From Moniliella sp. 'wahieum' (taxonomy: Eukaryota): a stretch of 64,000 nt of DNA. Shown here piece by piece: positions 12,734 through 29,056 of this stretch. The position numbers were made by a program, and so were the translations under genes. Positions within the stretch are counted from its first letter, which is position 1. Each line of letters opens with the position of its first letter. The notes under the pieces were generated by a model. It searched no databases and had not been told where the DNA came from. It saw nothing but the letters and a program-made list of their open reading frames with translations. The DNA lies in NCBI GenBank assembly GCA_003971905.1, contig RSEE01000039.1, positions 124,001-188,000 of the forward strand, read 5' to 3'.

Positions 12734-13980
12734 ACTTTTTTTTATCCTGCGCACCACGAACCAACCGGGACCCCATCATCAAACGAATCAAGCCTTCTCC
12801 TGACGCTCCATTAGCTTCGGCCCGCTGACCCCCGTGGCTGAAGCACACTGACCCCCCGCCCCGGTCAAGGCCTCCATTCATCAACGCGAGGCACTTGCCA
12901 AGGGAGGGCATAGCAATCGTTGTACCCCTCCTCCCACCCGTGTATATTATCGGCAAGGTGGGCGTGCGCGGCCGAACCGGGGCTTTTGTCACGCGACTCA
13001 CAAGAGCCCCCTTGATAGGAGCGTGTGCACGCGTCGCACGCGTCGCACGGGGCCATGGGGGGTACGTGGGGTGCTGGACGAGCGACGGACGAAAACGCAG
13101 AGGCAAGGGTATCGCTCAATTGAGCGCTCAGGCTGAGCCCGCACCAAATCCATGCCAACCCTCTGCCGTGCTACTATACCGATTCAGGCGGTAACAGCTG
13201 AACCAAGGTCTACGTCTACAGCCTCACGCGCGCCATGCCTGCTCTGGCGTGTACGTCGTCCTACGCCCTGCGGGATACGGTTCCGTTTTCCGCTACTTTG
13301 CGCGCCGGCCAGGGCCCTGAACAAAGGGGGTTCCCTTTCCCTTTCCCTTTCCCTCCCATGTTGGCTGTGGCCTGCATGCATGGAGGCACGCCCCATGGCA
13401 GGGTACCGGGTACCTACCGACGCTCAGGCGAGGCGGAACAATGAGCCATCCGGTTAACCAGCACCGCCGGCAGCGCCCAAATCAAGCGGGAAACGGTCCA
13501 GGAGAGAGCCCGGGGGAAGAACAGGAATAATACGACAAGTCTTATCACAAGAAACGGGGGAGAGGAAGAGGAAGTAAGTAGGAGCACAACACCGAAGCCT
13601 CGTGCCCAAGAGGAGCCGAGATGAGAACGGGGGGGGGGGGGCGAGAACAAGGAGAAGGGGAAGGGGAGGGGGAGGGGATTCCACCATTCCACCATTCCAC
13701 CATTCCACATATTTGGTTACGGGATCAGATTTGCAGCCCCCAGGCGTAAGGTAAGATGGGGGGAGGGGACACTGGTCATCGATCATCCAGTGCGACGGAC
13801 AGCAGGCAACCTAGTCTTGCCATCAAGGGGGACTGGAGTACACCGTGGCGCCGGCGCGGTAGGCGCATCCGCGGCGGCGTCCATGCTACGCGTCGTGGCC
13901 TAGGGCGAGGCAGTGAAAGCAGGGGGAGGAACGGCGGGGGAAGTGGCCTTGCGCGCCGAGGGAGGGGTAGTGGTAGCTGA

Positions 13981-14844
13981 TCACGCGGACGCTGATGCTG
14001 GCGATGATGCTGCCGCTGGCGCTGGGGCCGTGGCAGCGGGCGGGGCTGAAGGTTTGGCCGGTGTGCCCGCAGGCACAGCCATGTCAAAGGGCAGCACGAC
14101 GTTTGTGTACCGGGCGAGGGAGGTCGCGTGTGGTGAGGTACGTTTTGCGGAGCGGGTCTGGGCAGCGGGAGTCGCGGCTGAGCGTGTCGAGGTAGGGCTT
14201 GGACGCGGCCAAAGGCTTGGCGGGTGAAGGAGCTCATGACGAAGCGCAAGCGTAAAAAGTGGGCAAAGACCAAAGGTGCAAAGAGCGAGTTGGCGCCCAG
14301 GGCCACACCGAAGAGCAGACGGACAAAGATGAGTACTTCGGCATAGGCCACAACGCACATGGCTAGGTCGTAGTAGTAGTTCTTGACCCAGTTCTGGATC
14401 AGCGTCTGTGCCTTCTTGGAGTACGAGGCGGCGGTGCCAGCAGGCGTGCCCTGGATCGGGGGTGGGAACGCGAGGGATGAGGGTGGTGCGGATAAAGGTG
14501 AGCCGTGGAAGAGGGAGAAGACGACAAAGGAAGAAGCGTGATGGGGACAGGGCGCGTCTGCCACAGCCAGTAGAGCGACAGGACGGGTACTGTACGTTCT
14601 CATCCAAAAGGATGCGGTGCAGGCTGGCCTTGGACATCTGCGGACGCCCAAAGGACTTGTACACCACAATCCCATAGCTAACCAGCGCGCCGAGGTAGGC
14701 GGCAGTGTACGAGTAGACCGGCACCGTGTGCGTCCAGAAGAAAACGGACGACTTGAGCGCCCAGACGCCGTAGAAGAGCGTCAGGACGTGGCCTGCGGCC
14801 CAGACGAGGTGCGGGGCGCTGGCAGTGGGGCGGGACTAGGGCAT
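13981..14844 (-). CDS. POM33: Pom33/TMEM33 (UPF0121) ER and nuclear-pore membrane protein
   Basis: VWAAGHVLTL; YTAAYLGALVSYGIVVYKSFG..RILLDENVQY; FVVFSLFH; IQNWVKNYYD..VAYAEV; FAHFLRLRF..SSFTRQAF. Ends are approximate. Confidence 0.85.
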
Positions 14845-15135
14845 GGGGGTCAGGGCCTGCGGAGAAGGCGTCTGGGGGGGGCACGCACCATCGCGACGGT
14901 TGGAGGCGCAGAGCGACCGACTGCGACGCTCGTCTGAGCGCAGCGTGTCCTGCGCCGCGCATGCCGTAATCCACGCTGCCCGGGGGTACGTCATGTGACC
15001 CAGGCAGGCAGTAGGGTCACCCATCCTGCACATCACGCCTCCTGCCTCCCGAGGAGGGCCACCTCGGCAGGATGCAATTTGAAACTTGCCATCCCCTCTT
15101 GTGCTTCCGGCCCACCACCCCCCCGCCACCGAGCC

Positions 15136-16523
15136 ATGGACGATCTCCCCGACGACGCGCCGGCCGGTCTCACCGCGGCAAGGAGCCCGAAACCAAGGAG
15201 CCGTTCTACGATGCCGAGCCCGACGAGGATCTGGATGTAAGTGGTGCGCAGAACCAGCTGTGGCTCGTCAAGGTGCCCAAGTTCCTGTTCGATGCCTGGT
15301 CCCAGGTCGAGCAGGCGGGCAGCCGTTGGGCACGGTGCGGCTGTACGACCCCGAGCCCGGGTCTACCAAGACGGAGATGGAGCTCATCTTGCCGCCTGCG
15401 CCAGGGCCTGCGGTACCGCTACCGCCATCGGCTTTTGCGCTGGACCCCACCCTGGCCCATTTGCCCCGCGCCTATAACCTTCGCCTCACCGACCAACACA
15501 AACCGGCAGCCGCAACATCTTTGCCTTCAAGGAGAAGCGGCCGGACGAGGATGTGGCGGCAGAGAAAGAACGAAGGGCGCGCAAGGCACGGCGCAAGGCG
15601 GATGGCAAGGAGGTGGACTCGGGGTCGAACTCGGACGAGTCGGGGAGGAGTCGGAGGATGAAGACGTGCTTCCTCTCCAAGGCGCAGACTCGGCAGCTGT
15701 GCCAGGCAAAAAGCGCAAGAAGAACTCCAAATTCAGGCGTATGTCCTATGTCCCCCCCTCTCACTGCGGGCCGAAGCTAACGATGCGCAGGCCATACGGC
15801 AATTGTCGGCAAGGTGGCGACGAAGGCGGTGGCACGCGGGTCCCATCGACTCTTGCGAGCACCCTGCCCGAGCGGGAGCAAGCTCTCGGGCCGACTCGCG
15901 GAAGAGAAGAGGTTGGATGAGTACCGACGCATGATGAAGCTGCGTCAGTCGCAAGCGATGCAGCCGAAGCGCAAGATGATTATGATGGACGATGTTGACT
16001 CGGGGCTGGAGAGCCGGATCACGTGGGGGCACACCAGCAAGCTGGCTTTTCGGTATGTGGACTTTTTCTTGTTTCGTTTATTGGTTTGCGGTTCGAGGCA
16101 GGCAGGGCGGGTTGCTGACGGGGATGAGCAGACGGGCAAGATCATCAAGCAGGGCAAGGGCGTGGAGAAGTTTGCTCGGATGCCGCGTACGGATCTGCTG
16201 CAGCAGCTGTTTGCGCTGTTTGAAAAGTACAAGTACTACCAGTTCCAGACGCTGCGGCAGCAGACGGAGCAGCCCGAGCCGTACTGCGCGAGGTGCTGTC
16301 GTCGATTGCGCAGATGGAGCGCAAGGGCACGTATGCGGGCTACTGGGCGCTGCGGCCCGAGTACAGTGCCAGCAAGGCGTCGCACCAGCAGGAGCGGGAC
16401 CGTGCGCTGGCGCTGCAGCGCGAGAAGCAGCTGCAGGACAAGGGCGGCGCGTCGGAGGAGGAGGAGGAGGAGGAGGAGGACGAGAACGGGGAGGAGGATG
16501 ACTCGGGGGAGGAGATCATGTAG
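15136..16523 (+). CDS. TFG2: TFIIF beta subunit (Tfg2/RAP30); introns about 15739-15790 and 16053-16130
   Basis: DEDLDVSGAQNQLWLVKVPKFLFDAW N-terminus; winged helix FARMPRTDLLQQLFALFEKYKYY..LRQQTEQPE..VLSSIAQMERKGTYAGYWALRPEY; GTATGT donors. Confidence 0.92.
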
Positions 16524-16803
16524 AAGCACCGACGAATGCGCAAGGTTATTGAGATGGAGCCACGTGATAGGAGCTACGCAGTGAGGTTAATCGGGGGCAC
16601 GTGGGAGTTGAATGTTGCAAGGGGGAGGGGATGTTGTTGGGGGGTCACGTGCCAGAACAAGCTGCACCTCGTCGGGCGAAGGCGGCTGGGATGGCGTTAG
16701 CAGGTAGTCCACGCGGCGCGTACCTCTTACTCTGCTCTCTCTGCTCTAACTACTCCCCCCCTGGCCCTCCTGCCCTGCCCTGCCCTGCCCGCTGTGGGCT
16801 GCG

Positions 16804-19450
16804 ATGCCTGCCCCGCCGCCGCCCAGCCCGCTGCCGCCGCCCTTCTCCCGCCCGGGCCTCGGCACCGTCCGCCGCCTGCCCATCGCCGACTCCTCCGCGC
16901 ACGCCCTCGGTCCTCGCCGCGCCCGCTCCCCGTCGCCCTCGCCTCTTAGCCCTCGCCCTCGCCCTCCCCGTCCCCATCCCATCCCCGCCCCCACGCTCCC
17001 CCGCCTCAGCGACATCGACGCCGACTCGGCCTCCAGCGGCGCCCCGCCCGCCCCCCCCGCCCCGCGCCCCACCCGCGCCCCCATCCCGCCCGCCTTCCGG
17101 CCCCACAGCCCCCATGTGCTCCTGCGCCCCGCCTGCTCGCGTCGCCCTCCCCGCGCCCTCCCCCTCCCCGCCGCCCTCCCCCTACCCATCCATCCCCTAG
17201 TCCCCCTCCAACGACGAACAAGGCTCCACCCTCAGCTGGGCAGCATGGCCAGCCGCCTCGGCCTTGGCCCCGACGGCGATCGGTCTGCGCTCGACCCCTT
17301 GCCGCCGACGTGTCCCGCGCTGATGTCTCCATCGCCGACATGTCTCCCCCGTTGGCATGCGCAACGGCTCGTTTGCCATCGCCACCTCCTCCCCGCGCCC
17401 ACGAACCAGGACATCGTCCTCGCACTTTTTCCCCGTGCAGGACCCCTCCTCCCGCCTACCCCAACGTCCCACCGCATGGGCAAGAGCCCCCGTCCGCCAC
17501 GCGAATTTGTCGACTTGATGTCCGACGCTCGGGGTCCGATGTGGACGACGAGGGCGGGAGTGTGTTGCGCGCTCCCTCATCCGATCTGGGCAGGGCGGGC
17601 GACGCCTTGTCTTTGTCCTCCGCTTCCATTCGACCTGCACTGCACGCGGGCGGAAAGCCACCCACCTAGCTCGCCCTATCGCCCTAGTACCTCGACCCGT
17701 TCGCCCTCGCAAGCCTCGCGCGTCAAATGGATCTTCGTACCGCGTCCCACCAGCCCACTCGCTCTCCCTTGCGCGACGGCGTGTCCCTTACCGCTCTTCC
17801 TCCGCGTACACGACCACGGGACGCTCCTCATGCACCCTACTCTTCCCCCCTCCCGCGCCACTCGGACGAAGGCGGTAGCCGTCTGCCTGAGCGGAGGAGG
17901 GAGGAGCCTCCTCCGCCCCGGCCCAGTGTCGCTGAAATTGCCACGCGTCTACCTCCGCTGCGGACCCACGATCGAACAGCCTCGCTCAGTACCCTGCCCC
18001 ATCGTCCGCTGCGAGCCAGTACGGCGATGAGCCACGCGACACATGCTTCCCTCGCCTCCTTCACCCACTCTCCCACTCGCACACGCACCTCTACCCATAC
18101 CAGCGGGTACGACTCGCTCGTGGACCGTACGCGACGCATTTCGTTTGTCGAGCCCCGCGAGAGGGGCTCCAGCGGGAACGAGAACGAGAACGCGAAGTGC
18201 GCACCGCGTCGCGCCTCAGCTCCAGTCTGCTTCGGCCGGACCGACGCAGTCTCCCCCTCGACTGGTACCCCCGCCCAGCCCGATGCACCACGACTGGCCT
18301 CGTATCCGCTCGCTTACCACGCCCACGCCCACCCCTTGCCTGCCTGCCTCTGCCTCTGCCTCGCAAAGGGCGGGCAAGGCAACGCATCTGCGCAACCTGG
18401 AGCAAGTGGCAGCACGGGTGCCCGAGCTGTATGCCGACGAGGTGGCTCAGCCGTTTGTGGACTTGGCGCAGAACGTGGCAGAGATGAACGTATCGTTGCA
18501 GATGCTGTTGCAGTTGGCGATCGAGGCGCAGGTCGATTCCTCCCTCCAAGTGGGCGAGGATGGGGGAGACGATGGTGGACCGGCTGGCGTCCGTCGTGCG
18601 TGGTAGCGATGACCAAGCGCGCACACTTACGTGCGCTTTGCATGCGCTTGTCGAGGACAAGGACAGGAACCTCAACCCGAACCCGAACCACACTATGGAC
18701 ATGGGCAAAGAACTCCCAAGGAACACCAGCACACCTCTGGTCTAGGCTTGGGCCTGGGCCTATCGCGCACGCCCAGTTCCATGTCCATATCGACCATTGG
18801 CGCTCACAGTGGCCGTTCCACCGCGCGGGCCAGTAGCAGTCTCTCGTTTGCCCCGCGCTGGCCCGCGTTTGAGCCAGCTCAGTACGCTCCCGCCTGCCCT
18901 GCGGCACGGGGAGTACGTGTCCTCCCCTGGCCCTGTGGAGCGGCACGTGCGCGCGGGCAGCGGGAGCCACACGGCCGTGCTGGACGCAGATCGGGCTTGG
19001 CACTACAAGAAAGGCATGTGCGCTCGGTTTCGGAGATGCCGCCCCCCGGGCAGAGGATACAGTTCAGCTTCCCTCTCCCTCCGCCCGCTGCGCCCATCCA
19101 CACCCGCCTCGCCCGACCCCGCCTCGCCCCGGTCCGAGTGGCGCATGCGCGTGCAAGCTCGCCGCGCCGCCGCGGCGGGGGGGGGGTCGCGAGGCCGAGC
19201 TCGGGGCTGGACCTGGGGCTGGGACGGAGGATGGGCGTGGGTACGGGTACGGGTATGGGCCTGGAACGAACGCAGCTCGGCCAGTGAGTGCGTCGCCGGT
19301 GGGATCGACGAGCTGGGACGCGGACTTGTCGGCGCACTCGGGCGACGGACGCGTGTCGCGGACGATGCTGCGGCGCGCGCGGGAGGCGACGGCCGGCACG
19401 GCGCTTGCCTTGCGCTGCGCGCACACGGCAGCAGCACGCCCCAGTAGCCG
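16804..19450 (+). CDS. Hypothetical Pro/Ser-rich protein with a central helical region (boundaries uncertain)
   Basis: Chain of overlapping long ORFs with a protein-like helical segment HLRNLEQVAARVPELYADEVAQPFVDLAQNVAEMNVSLQMLLQLAIEAQVD..LASVVRGSDDQARTLT. No family recognised. Confidence 0.45.
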
Positions 19451-19736
19451 CACGGGGGGCTCAGCTCGGCTAGGCACCATCTCTTGATCTCTTGGTCGGC
19501 GGCGTAGTATATGTTTTTGCACGTTAATCGATCATCGACATGTTCCTGTCGTAACAATAGCACGCACACAGATACCAGTCAGGTGACCCACACATGATGC
19601 ATGACATAAGCCAGCAGCCCCACATGCGCCGGTCCAAGCAGCCGCGCCGCACGCACCATCCCCGCTCTCTGCCCGCCCCATCGCCCCCATCCCCCCATCG
19701 CCCCCATCGCCCCACCACACACCACCGCCACCGCCC

Positions 19737-22700
19737 ATGGCGTCCCTGCGTAGCCGCGCCAGTGCCGAGAGCGACATGGACGCCGCTTGGGCGCCGCCGC
19801 GCCGCCGGGACCGCCCCCCTGTCCACCCTGCCGCCCCACGCCCACGCCCCCGCCCTCCCCCGCCTCGACCCGCCAGCGGCAGCGCACCCACCTCGCCGCC
19901 CTCGCGCTCCACCAGCACATCAGCCGTGCTCTCCGCCCCGGCGTGGGCATCTGCTGCGACGTGTCGGTGGCTGCGTTTGGGCGTGTGTACCGCGTGCACA
20001 AGCTCATCCTCGTCCAGGCCGCCTTCTTCCACGCGCGCTTTGCCCGTGCGCCGGGCGAGGCACACGGCAGCCTGTCTTGTCCGCTCCTCCTCCCCTTGCC
20101 CGACCCCAACATGTCGCGCCCGGCGTTCGAGTACTGTCTGGCCACGCTCTATAGCGCGCCTCCGCCACTGCAGCTGCCCGTGTGGGCCAATCCGCGCGCC
20201 GACGCGCCTCTCAGCCGGCCTTCCCTACCCGCCGGCGCCCGCGCGCATGCCCCCCCACACACAGGCTGCCACCCCGCGCTTCCTCCTCTCCCTCATCGCC
20301 ACCAGCACCTACCTTGGTCTGCCCAGCGTCACCTCCCTCGCCTTCACCCTGCTCTGCGCCAGCATTACCCCCTATACCGTCGCCACCTACCTCGCTTCGC
20401 TGCTGGCCTGGGCATCGTGCCTGCCACCTCGCTCCTGCCTGACGCCCCGCGGCCGCTGGATGAGCTCCTCGAGCCCCTGGTTGGTTGGAGCTCCCTCTCT
20501 ACCGCTTCCCCTCCCCCTCGGCCGCAGCAGATCCAACGCCCGCCACTCCGCCCTCGACGTCGGCCGGCGCCCACTCTGGCCCCCATCCCCTTCCCAATCG
20601 CCTCTCCCCTTCCTCCCCGCCCCCGCCACCGCCCCTGCCACAGCTACTGCTTCCACCGCCGTCCCCACCCCTAGTCCCTCGCCGCCGCCCGAGCCGACGC
20701 TCGACGATCCACCTTCCCGACCCCTTGTATTTTAGGGCTGTCGTGCCGCAAGATTGGCCAGGCAGCCGTGTGCTGGCTCTGTCGCTGGGGCAGTGAGGTG
20801 CTAGAATGGGAGATGCACTTACCGCCCGGCCGTGGCCGACACGACGACGGCGACGAGAGCGGCGGCTACGACGGTTACGACGGCTACCACGCAACTGGGA
20901 CGGCTACGACGCGGACCGCAACGCCCATGCCCAGTATGACTCCCATCCTGCCTTCGCCCTTGCCTTTGCCTTCGCCCTTGCACGCGCCGGCGCACTTACC
21001 GCCGTTGAGCACACCGCAGGGCCCCTTCCTCTCTCCCCGCGCTTCTTCGCCCGTCACGCTCGACGACCCAGGGTCTTCTGACGAGGAGGGGGCGACCCAG
21101 GCGTCGCTGCTGCGCCGCTCGCGGCCCGATTCCGGCGGGTCGGGATCGGGCGAGGGAGGGCTGGACTAGCGGGCCGTGCGACTCCGACGTTCATCTCCCC
21201 CGTGGCGTCTGTTACGTTGGAGCGTGAGCTTGAGCCGGACCCTGAGCCTGTGCGCGCGGCGTCCGATCCCCCCGGGGCGGTGGAACCCCCGCCGCCTGTC
21301 CCGGTTGTGTGGGCGTACGATCCCCAGTTGGGCTTGCCCTCCGCCACGGTTCGCACTCTCATCTCGTCCGACTCGTTCTTTACCTTGACCGAATGGACTC
21401 GGTACAAATTTGCCCGCCAGGTGGTCGAGTTTCGAAGGGCCAAGAAGGCTCACTGGCTCTCCACCGGCGGAAGGGATGCGCAGCCCAACCCCCCCGCCCA
21501 CCGGACCAGACGGGCAAAAGTACTGTAGGACAGGAGCAACTAAAGATCACAATCACGATCAAGACCCAGATCAAAGCCAAGATCAAGACCAAAGCCACGA
21601 CCAAGACCGAGACCAAACCCAAACCCAAACCCAAAACCAAGACCAAGACGAGATGAGAGGGAGTACCGTGACTTGTTTGCTACGGGGATCTACTATACCC
21701 ACATGAGCTTGACGAGCTGAGCAGTATGGCCGATGACGTATCGCCTACCTCGCGCGAGCTCTACACGCCCGGGGACGTGCTGCAGCGTGGGCTGTGGTCG
21801 GGATGGAGCTGCGAACGCGGATCGAGTCGTGTGCGCGACCAAGAGCGGGGACGGGGACGCAAAAGAATTGAACTTGGCAGTCACATTGGGTTCGTTCCGA
21901 CCCGCCCGCGCCAATTCAGAAGAAGCGTTTTGCCCCCTCTTTCACCCGCTTCGTCGTCGCGTGGCCTGCCCGCCTCGCCCAGCGCGCTCTCCCACCGCAC
22001 GCGCGCGCGCAAACGTTTCTTCCGCGTCCGGAGGACGAGACAGTCAAGTTGGGCGACAACTGAGCAGCTTGGTCAGCTCGTCCCAGACCATCCGGGACCA
22101 CCTGTCGCAGTCCAAAGTGGAGATGGAGGAGGTGGTGGCGGATGCGTATGCGGATGCAGAGGCGGATGCGGAGGCGGATGCGTCGTCGACGCGCCGCAAC
22201 GGCAACGGGCTTGGCAGCGTTACGCGACTTGCACGCTTTGCCGCTCCCCCAGGGCGCGCGGGGACGCGGCGTCGGTGCACAAGTCGTTTGGCGTTGCGGG
22301 CGCGCGCGGCGCGTGGGGAGGAGCTGGAGGCGTGGGCGGAGCAAGCGTGGGCCGGGGCTGGGGCTGGGGCCGGGGCTGGGCAGACGAGTGTGCCGCGGTC
22401 GTTGGACAGCTGTGGGTGCCATTTGAACCCATGCGGATCGGGGTGGACTTTTGGGGCGTGGACAAGCTACAAGATCGCAGTCGACTCTATTCGCCCACGT
22501 GGTTCTATGCTGGCAGTCGTGGAACTGTATGTGGTCACGACGCCAAACCGAAAGGACCCAGTTGGCATTTACCTCCAACGCCACAATCCCAGCGACAGTA
22601 TCCCGCCGGCGTCTGCGCCGCCCGAGCAGGGCGACAAGGACAAGCCGCGGCTGCGCGCGCCAGCGCTGGACCAACGTTGAGCGAAACTTTGCACCCTCGC

Positions 22701-23050
22701 ACCCTCGCTACCGCTGGGCGAAGGGCTGAACTGGACCACGCCCCCGCGCCCGCTATGCCCTTTACCGATTCACGCAAGGCCATCCGTGCCTTTTTCGCCA
22801 TCCACTGCCCGTCGCCCTTGGGCAACGCCTTGAGACCCGCTTCAGCTCGGGTCCGGACCTGTTTACCCTCTCCCAGTCTGGGGGTGGAAATCCTCCTCGT
22901 TGCTCGGCACACTCAACCTCCCCACCGGTCGCTTGGATGACGCGACACTCGAATGGGCCACCCGGTTCCGCTGTATCTGCACCCTTGGCCTCGTCTAGCG
23001 TGCCGCCCAGGTTCGCCTCGCGCTTCGCCCCGCATCATGTTTGTACATCT
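19737..23050 (+). CDS. Fungal BTB/POZ-domain protein with a C-terminal MATH-like region
   Basis: BTB motif CDVSVAAFGRVYRVHKLILVQAAFF..DPNMSRPAFEYCLATLY; VRTLISSDSFFTLTEWTRYKFARQVVEFRR; WVPFEPMRIGVDFWGV..RLYSPTWFYAGS; PFTDSRKAIRAFFAIHC. Confidence 0.75.
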
Positions 23051-23497
23051 ACCATTCATTCATCCTCATTCTGTCAACGTTCAACCCCGAGCCAAGGTAC
23101 CTGCCACATGGCGTCCTGTCGTGCTCCCTCGGGTGAGCCGAGCAGGGTGTACCCCCAGCTCCCGCCCGTACCCCGGGGAAGTACATGTAGGTAGGTGGAT
23201 AGGGCAGCCAATTGTGCTTAGGGGGACCCCGCTTGGGTCTATCAGTCCAAGGAATGTTGAACGTGTTTGACGAGGCAAAGGGAGTTAGCATGTAAAAGAC
23301 GATAGCTATTGCATGTCGCGTTCAAGGAACTAGCTATGTCAAGTGGGAATTCTACATCTCAACAGCATGTGGAGTCAAATCATGGGAATTTTTGTAGTAC
23401 AACGGCCTCGAGCGTCGCGAGCGCCGTAACGAAGGGGCATCATGGGATGAAGAAACAGAGAACAAAACAAGGCGAGCTAGTGAACAAGTCGACTTGT

Positions 23498-25503
<2,006 letters not shown>

Positions 25504-26476
25504 GGTAGGAGAGAGAGTGGGAGAGATGGAGGAGAGATGGTGGAGCACCGGCCAGGGGGCTCGTTAAATAAGTGGCCAGTGCGCGCCCCCAGAAGCCCCG
25601 AGGCGGGGAGCGCACACTGGGGCGGTGCGGACCCACCGCCGCCGGGAGGCGCAGGCACAGGGGCAGTGGTCTGTGGTTCTCCGCCGCCCCCCACGCGGGG
25701 GGAACAGAAGAGGAGGGAAGACCAACGAACCAGGCCGAACCAGCCACGGCCGCCCGTGTCGCCCCCCCCGGTGGGTCCACACTGCCCCTGTTCGGAGCGG
25801 ATAGGCAGATGCCACCTGTCAAAACAAACGTCATGCATGGATGGGTGACCGCCCGGCGTGGTCAGGAAGGCCCCGACGTCATTCCAGCCGACACGACAAT
25901 CTTCTATCTGCCTTGGCGAATCTACTCAGCAGCTGAGGCCCCCATCTCGGGCGTCCCAAGTCGCCCCACCTATTCTTCCATCCTGTCTCCGCCCATGGCT
26001 GTGGGGTGGAATGCCTGTTCCAGAACAACGCATTGGCGCGTGGCGGAGTAGATGACGTGGACGAGCAAGATGGTATCAAAGAGAGAGATAAGAGCATCAA
26101 AAGGAAAGGACAGCGAGGAGAGAGGGGAAGGGGATGTGAGACCTGAGGCCTGAGGCGCTAGCGGGGGACAAGCAAGTAGCGTGGCTAACACTGATATGAC
26201 ACGGACCGAGAGGAGCTTGTCCATAACAGCGTCAACGTGGGCATTGCCGACGACATGTTGCCATGCCATGTAAACGTTGCATCATCGAGCAACTGCGACA
26301 AACAATCAAAACCGATGTCACATGTCACAGCTGCTGCGCCGACGCCCGCTCAGCCTGAGCGCTCAGCCCCAGCAAACTTGATCGTCTGGTGCGATCCAGC
26401 GATCCAGCGCAGCAACAGAAACTCGGGCTGAGGCTGCACCTCAGGCTGAGGCCTCAGGTCTTGCCATCATCGTAAG

Positions 26477-29056
26477 TTAGAAGCGTTGACGCATCTCGTA
26501 TGTGTTGTTGGCGCCAGCGCCGTCGTTCGTATGGGTAGGCGGGGCGTCTTGGTGGGACCATGTCCCCACCAATCCCTCCGGCGTGCCCAGTGGGATGCGC
26601 GTCTCCCCCGAAGCCGAGTAGCTGTGCCCGGTATGCTTCTCCTCCAGCCCTGCGGAAGTGGACACGGTGGTTGGTGCTCCAGGTGGCCAGGTGGTCTCGC
26701 CCTGTGCCTGCAGCGGCGTGTCGGTCAAGAGAAAGGCAGGGTTGGTCCGGCGCAGATCGGGCTGTGCCCATCCGCGCCGATCCATCCAGGACAACGAGTA
26801 GGGACGGGATAGGGTCGCGAGTACGTTCTTCATTCCTTGGCCCGGACGGGCAAAGGGGTTGGGGTCAGCAGGCCGGGTACTGCGGCGCGACGAGGACGGG
26901 AAGAGGAAGGGAAGGTAGAGTCCTTATCTCCATCTCCTCCAGGGAGAAGGAGACGACAGGGGGCAGTCAGCCCACCCAGAAAAGTGGTGAGGAAAGAAGA
27001 ACGGGGTTCTGGCTCGGTGGTAGCCGATTGTGTCGGCCCTTCCACTTCTTCCAGACCTGCTGCATCTGCGCCCACCTTCCGCGCCGCCTGCATCCGGATC
27101 TCCTCCACCGTGGACCGGTTGAGCCAGAGGAGACGGACGTGGTACCCCATCAGCGTCGTCACAGGCGCCAGCAGGAACGCGGACATGAGGCCCACAACGG
27201 CAGAGGCCGGAGACCTGCGCAGAGCGCCGCCAAAGGAGAGACCGGGGCTACGGTGGCCCGAGCGGGGGTAAGAATGGTCCTTGTGCCAGGTGAGCATGAC
27301 GAGGTGTGCAACACTGAGTGACAGCATAAGCACGAGCGAGGTGAGGAGAACAAAGAGCAACCACAAAACGAGGGGTAATTTCTTCGCCCCACACAGTTGT
27401 TGAGAAAAGTACAGTGATGATCAATGTTTTCGACGCAATTGTCGCAGCTACGACAGTGCGAGCTCCTAGGAGGACGGTACGTGCGGCATGTCTCACACCA
27501 CTTGAGCTTCAAGATCCGGCCTTGAGGCCCCACCCGCACGCGACGTGCGATCGGCACCGCTTTGTCACTCGGACTAGCAAGGAACACCTCTCCGTCGCCT
27601 TGATCGTCAGGATTGAGGCAGGCAGGACGGAGAGGTCCAAGTTGCGCGGTAAAACTCCAGGGTCAGAGCAGGCGGTATGTATCATGGTAGCGATGCTCGC
27701 CATCCAAAAATAGGCCACAACGACAACAAGCCCAGGGGAGATATTGTGGATAACCCATCGGCCGTCCCAGGCCATCCATACGGCCGGCAAGGCGAGGACA
27801 AGGGCAAAGGATATGAGCGCCGCCCAGGGAGGAGCTTGGGAAGTAAGACCCAACCCACCCAAGAAGAAAGAAACGGTTCCCACCCAGCCACAGCCGATAC
27901 TTGCGCATCCTGCGCTCCGTAGCACCCTGGGTGACCGGCATGAGTCGTCCTTTCCACTCTGTTGCACCTAAGGAGCTCGCTGGGCGGGCAGGTGGATCCG
28001 AAGGACGCTTGACAAAGAGGTCGTAGGATTGGGCACTGACTTGGCGTGCAAGCGGGTCCAAGGATGCAACTGACTGCTGAGATGGAGTCCCAGCGGGCCA
28101 CTTTCCCCCGAAATGAGGGTTGATGTCTGAGACGGACAAGCCCTTGGGGCTGTCACCAATGGTGGAGTAGGTGGCGCCATGAGATAAGGTGGACTCGGCT
28201 CCAGTGTGGGATGCCTGCGTGAAGGAGGACAGAGGTTTAGTCCCACCCTCGGTCCGGAGCTTGTCGCCCAGCGTGGTGGTGGTTCCATCGCTTTCTGCGC
28301 GAGCACGCCACGGATCATCTTCCTGACTAGAAAAGGGAAGCGGGCTTGTACGGGAGGGATGCGAGGCTGTGGTGGGGAAGCGCAATTCCTCCTCTTTCCC
28401 CCTGGGTGTCTTCAGCCGGGACGACGCTAGGCACACCCACATCTGCAGCGGCTGGTGGTAGTGGAGTGCTGGAGAGGGTAAGGCTGCCCCTGGGACTAGC
28501 GAGGGAGCCGGCACTGCGCCTCCGCACATCCAGTGCAGAGCTAGTAGGGGCGGTGGGCGGGCCCTGGACCAAGGTGGGGCGTGGGATGGTGAAGCTAGGG
28601 CGAGAGGAGGTGCGGGACTCGGACTCGGAGCCAGAGCCACCAGAGTACGCCGACTCGTAGGCAGACGTGATGCTGGCTCGGGCAGAGCCATAGGCGGAGC
28701 CATAGGCAGAGGAATGAGCGGAGCGGTAGGTGCTCAGCCCTGTCGACGGGCGGCCAGTGACGGGCGTGCTGGCACGCGATCCATGCGCAAGCTGCTGTGG
28801 ACGCGGCTGCCGGGTGCGGTAGGCGGCTGCGGCGCCAGCGGGGCGCGTACGGCTGCCAAGGCGGCACGGGTGCGCACATCGGTGTCGGTGTCCGAGTCGT
28901 CGGTAGCCGACTGGGACCCGGGCACGCGCACATTGCGCATGGGGCGTGCCGAGCCCGTGGGGCCGGGCGGGGGCGGGGCGGGCGCGGCGGGGGCGGGGCG
29001 GGTGAAGAAGGCGGTGGGCGCGAGGATGCGCGGCGACAGGGGGCGGCGGGGTCCAT
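26477..29056 (-). CDS. ERF2: DHHC palmitoyltransferase, Erf2/ZDHHC9-like, with a long disordered N-terminus
   Basis: [85 protein letters not shown]. Confidence 0.88.

Noticed and set aside
21545..21655. Hexamer array (GACCAA-type)
   Set aside because: An ordinary coding microsatellite (DQ/TQ) within the BTB gene.
26008..26027. Heat-shock element upstream of HSP70 (gTTCcaGAAc)
   Set aside because: Only two nGAAn units are in register; the third is off by one base.
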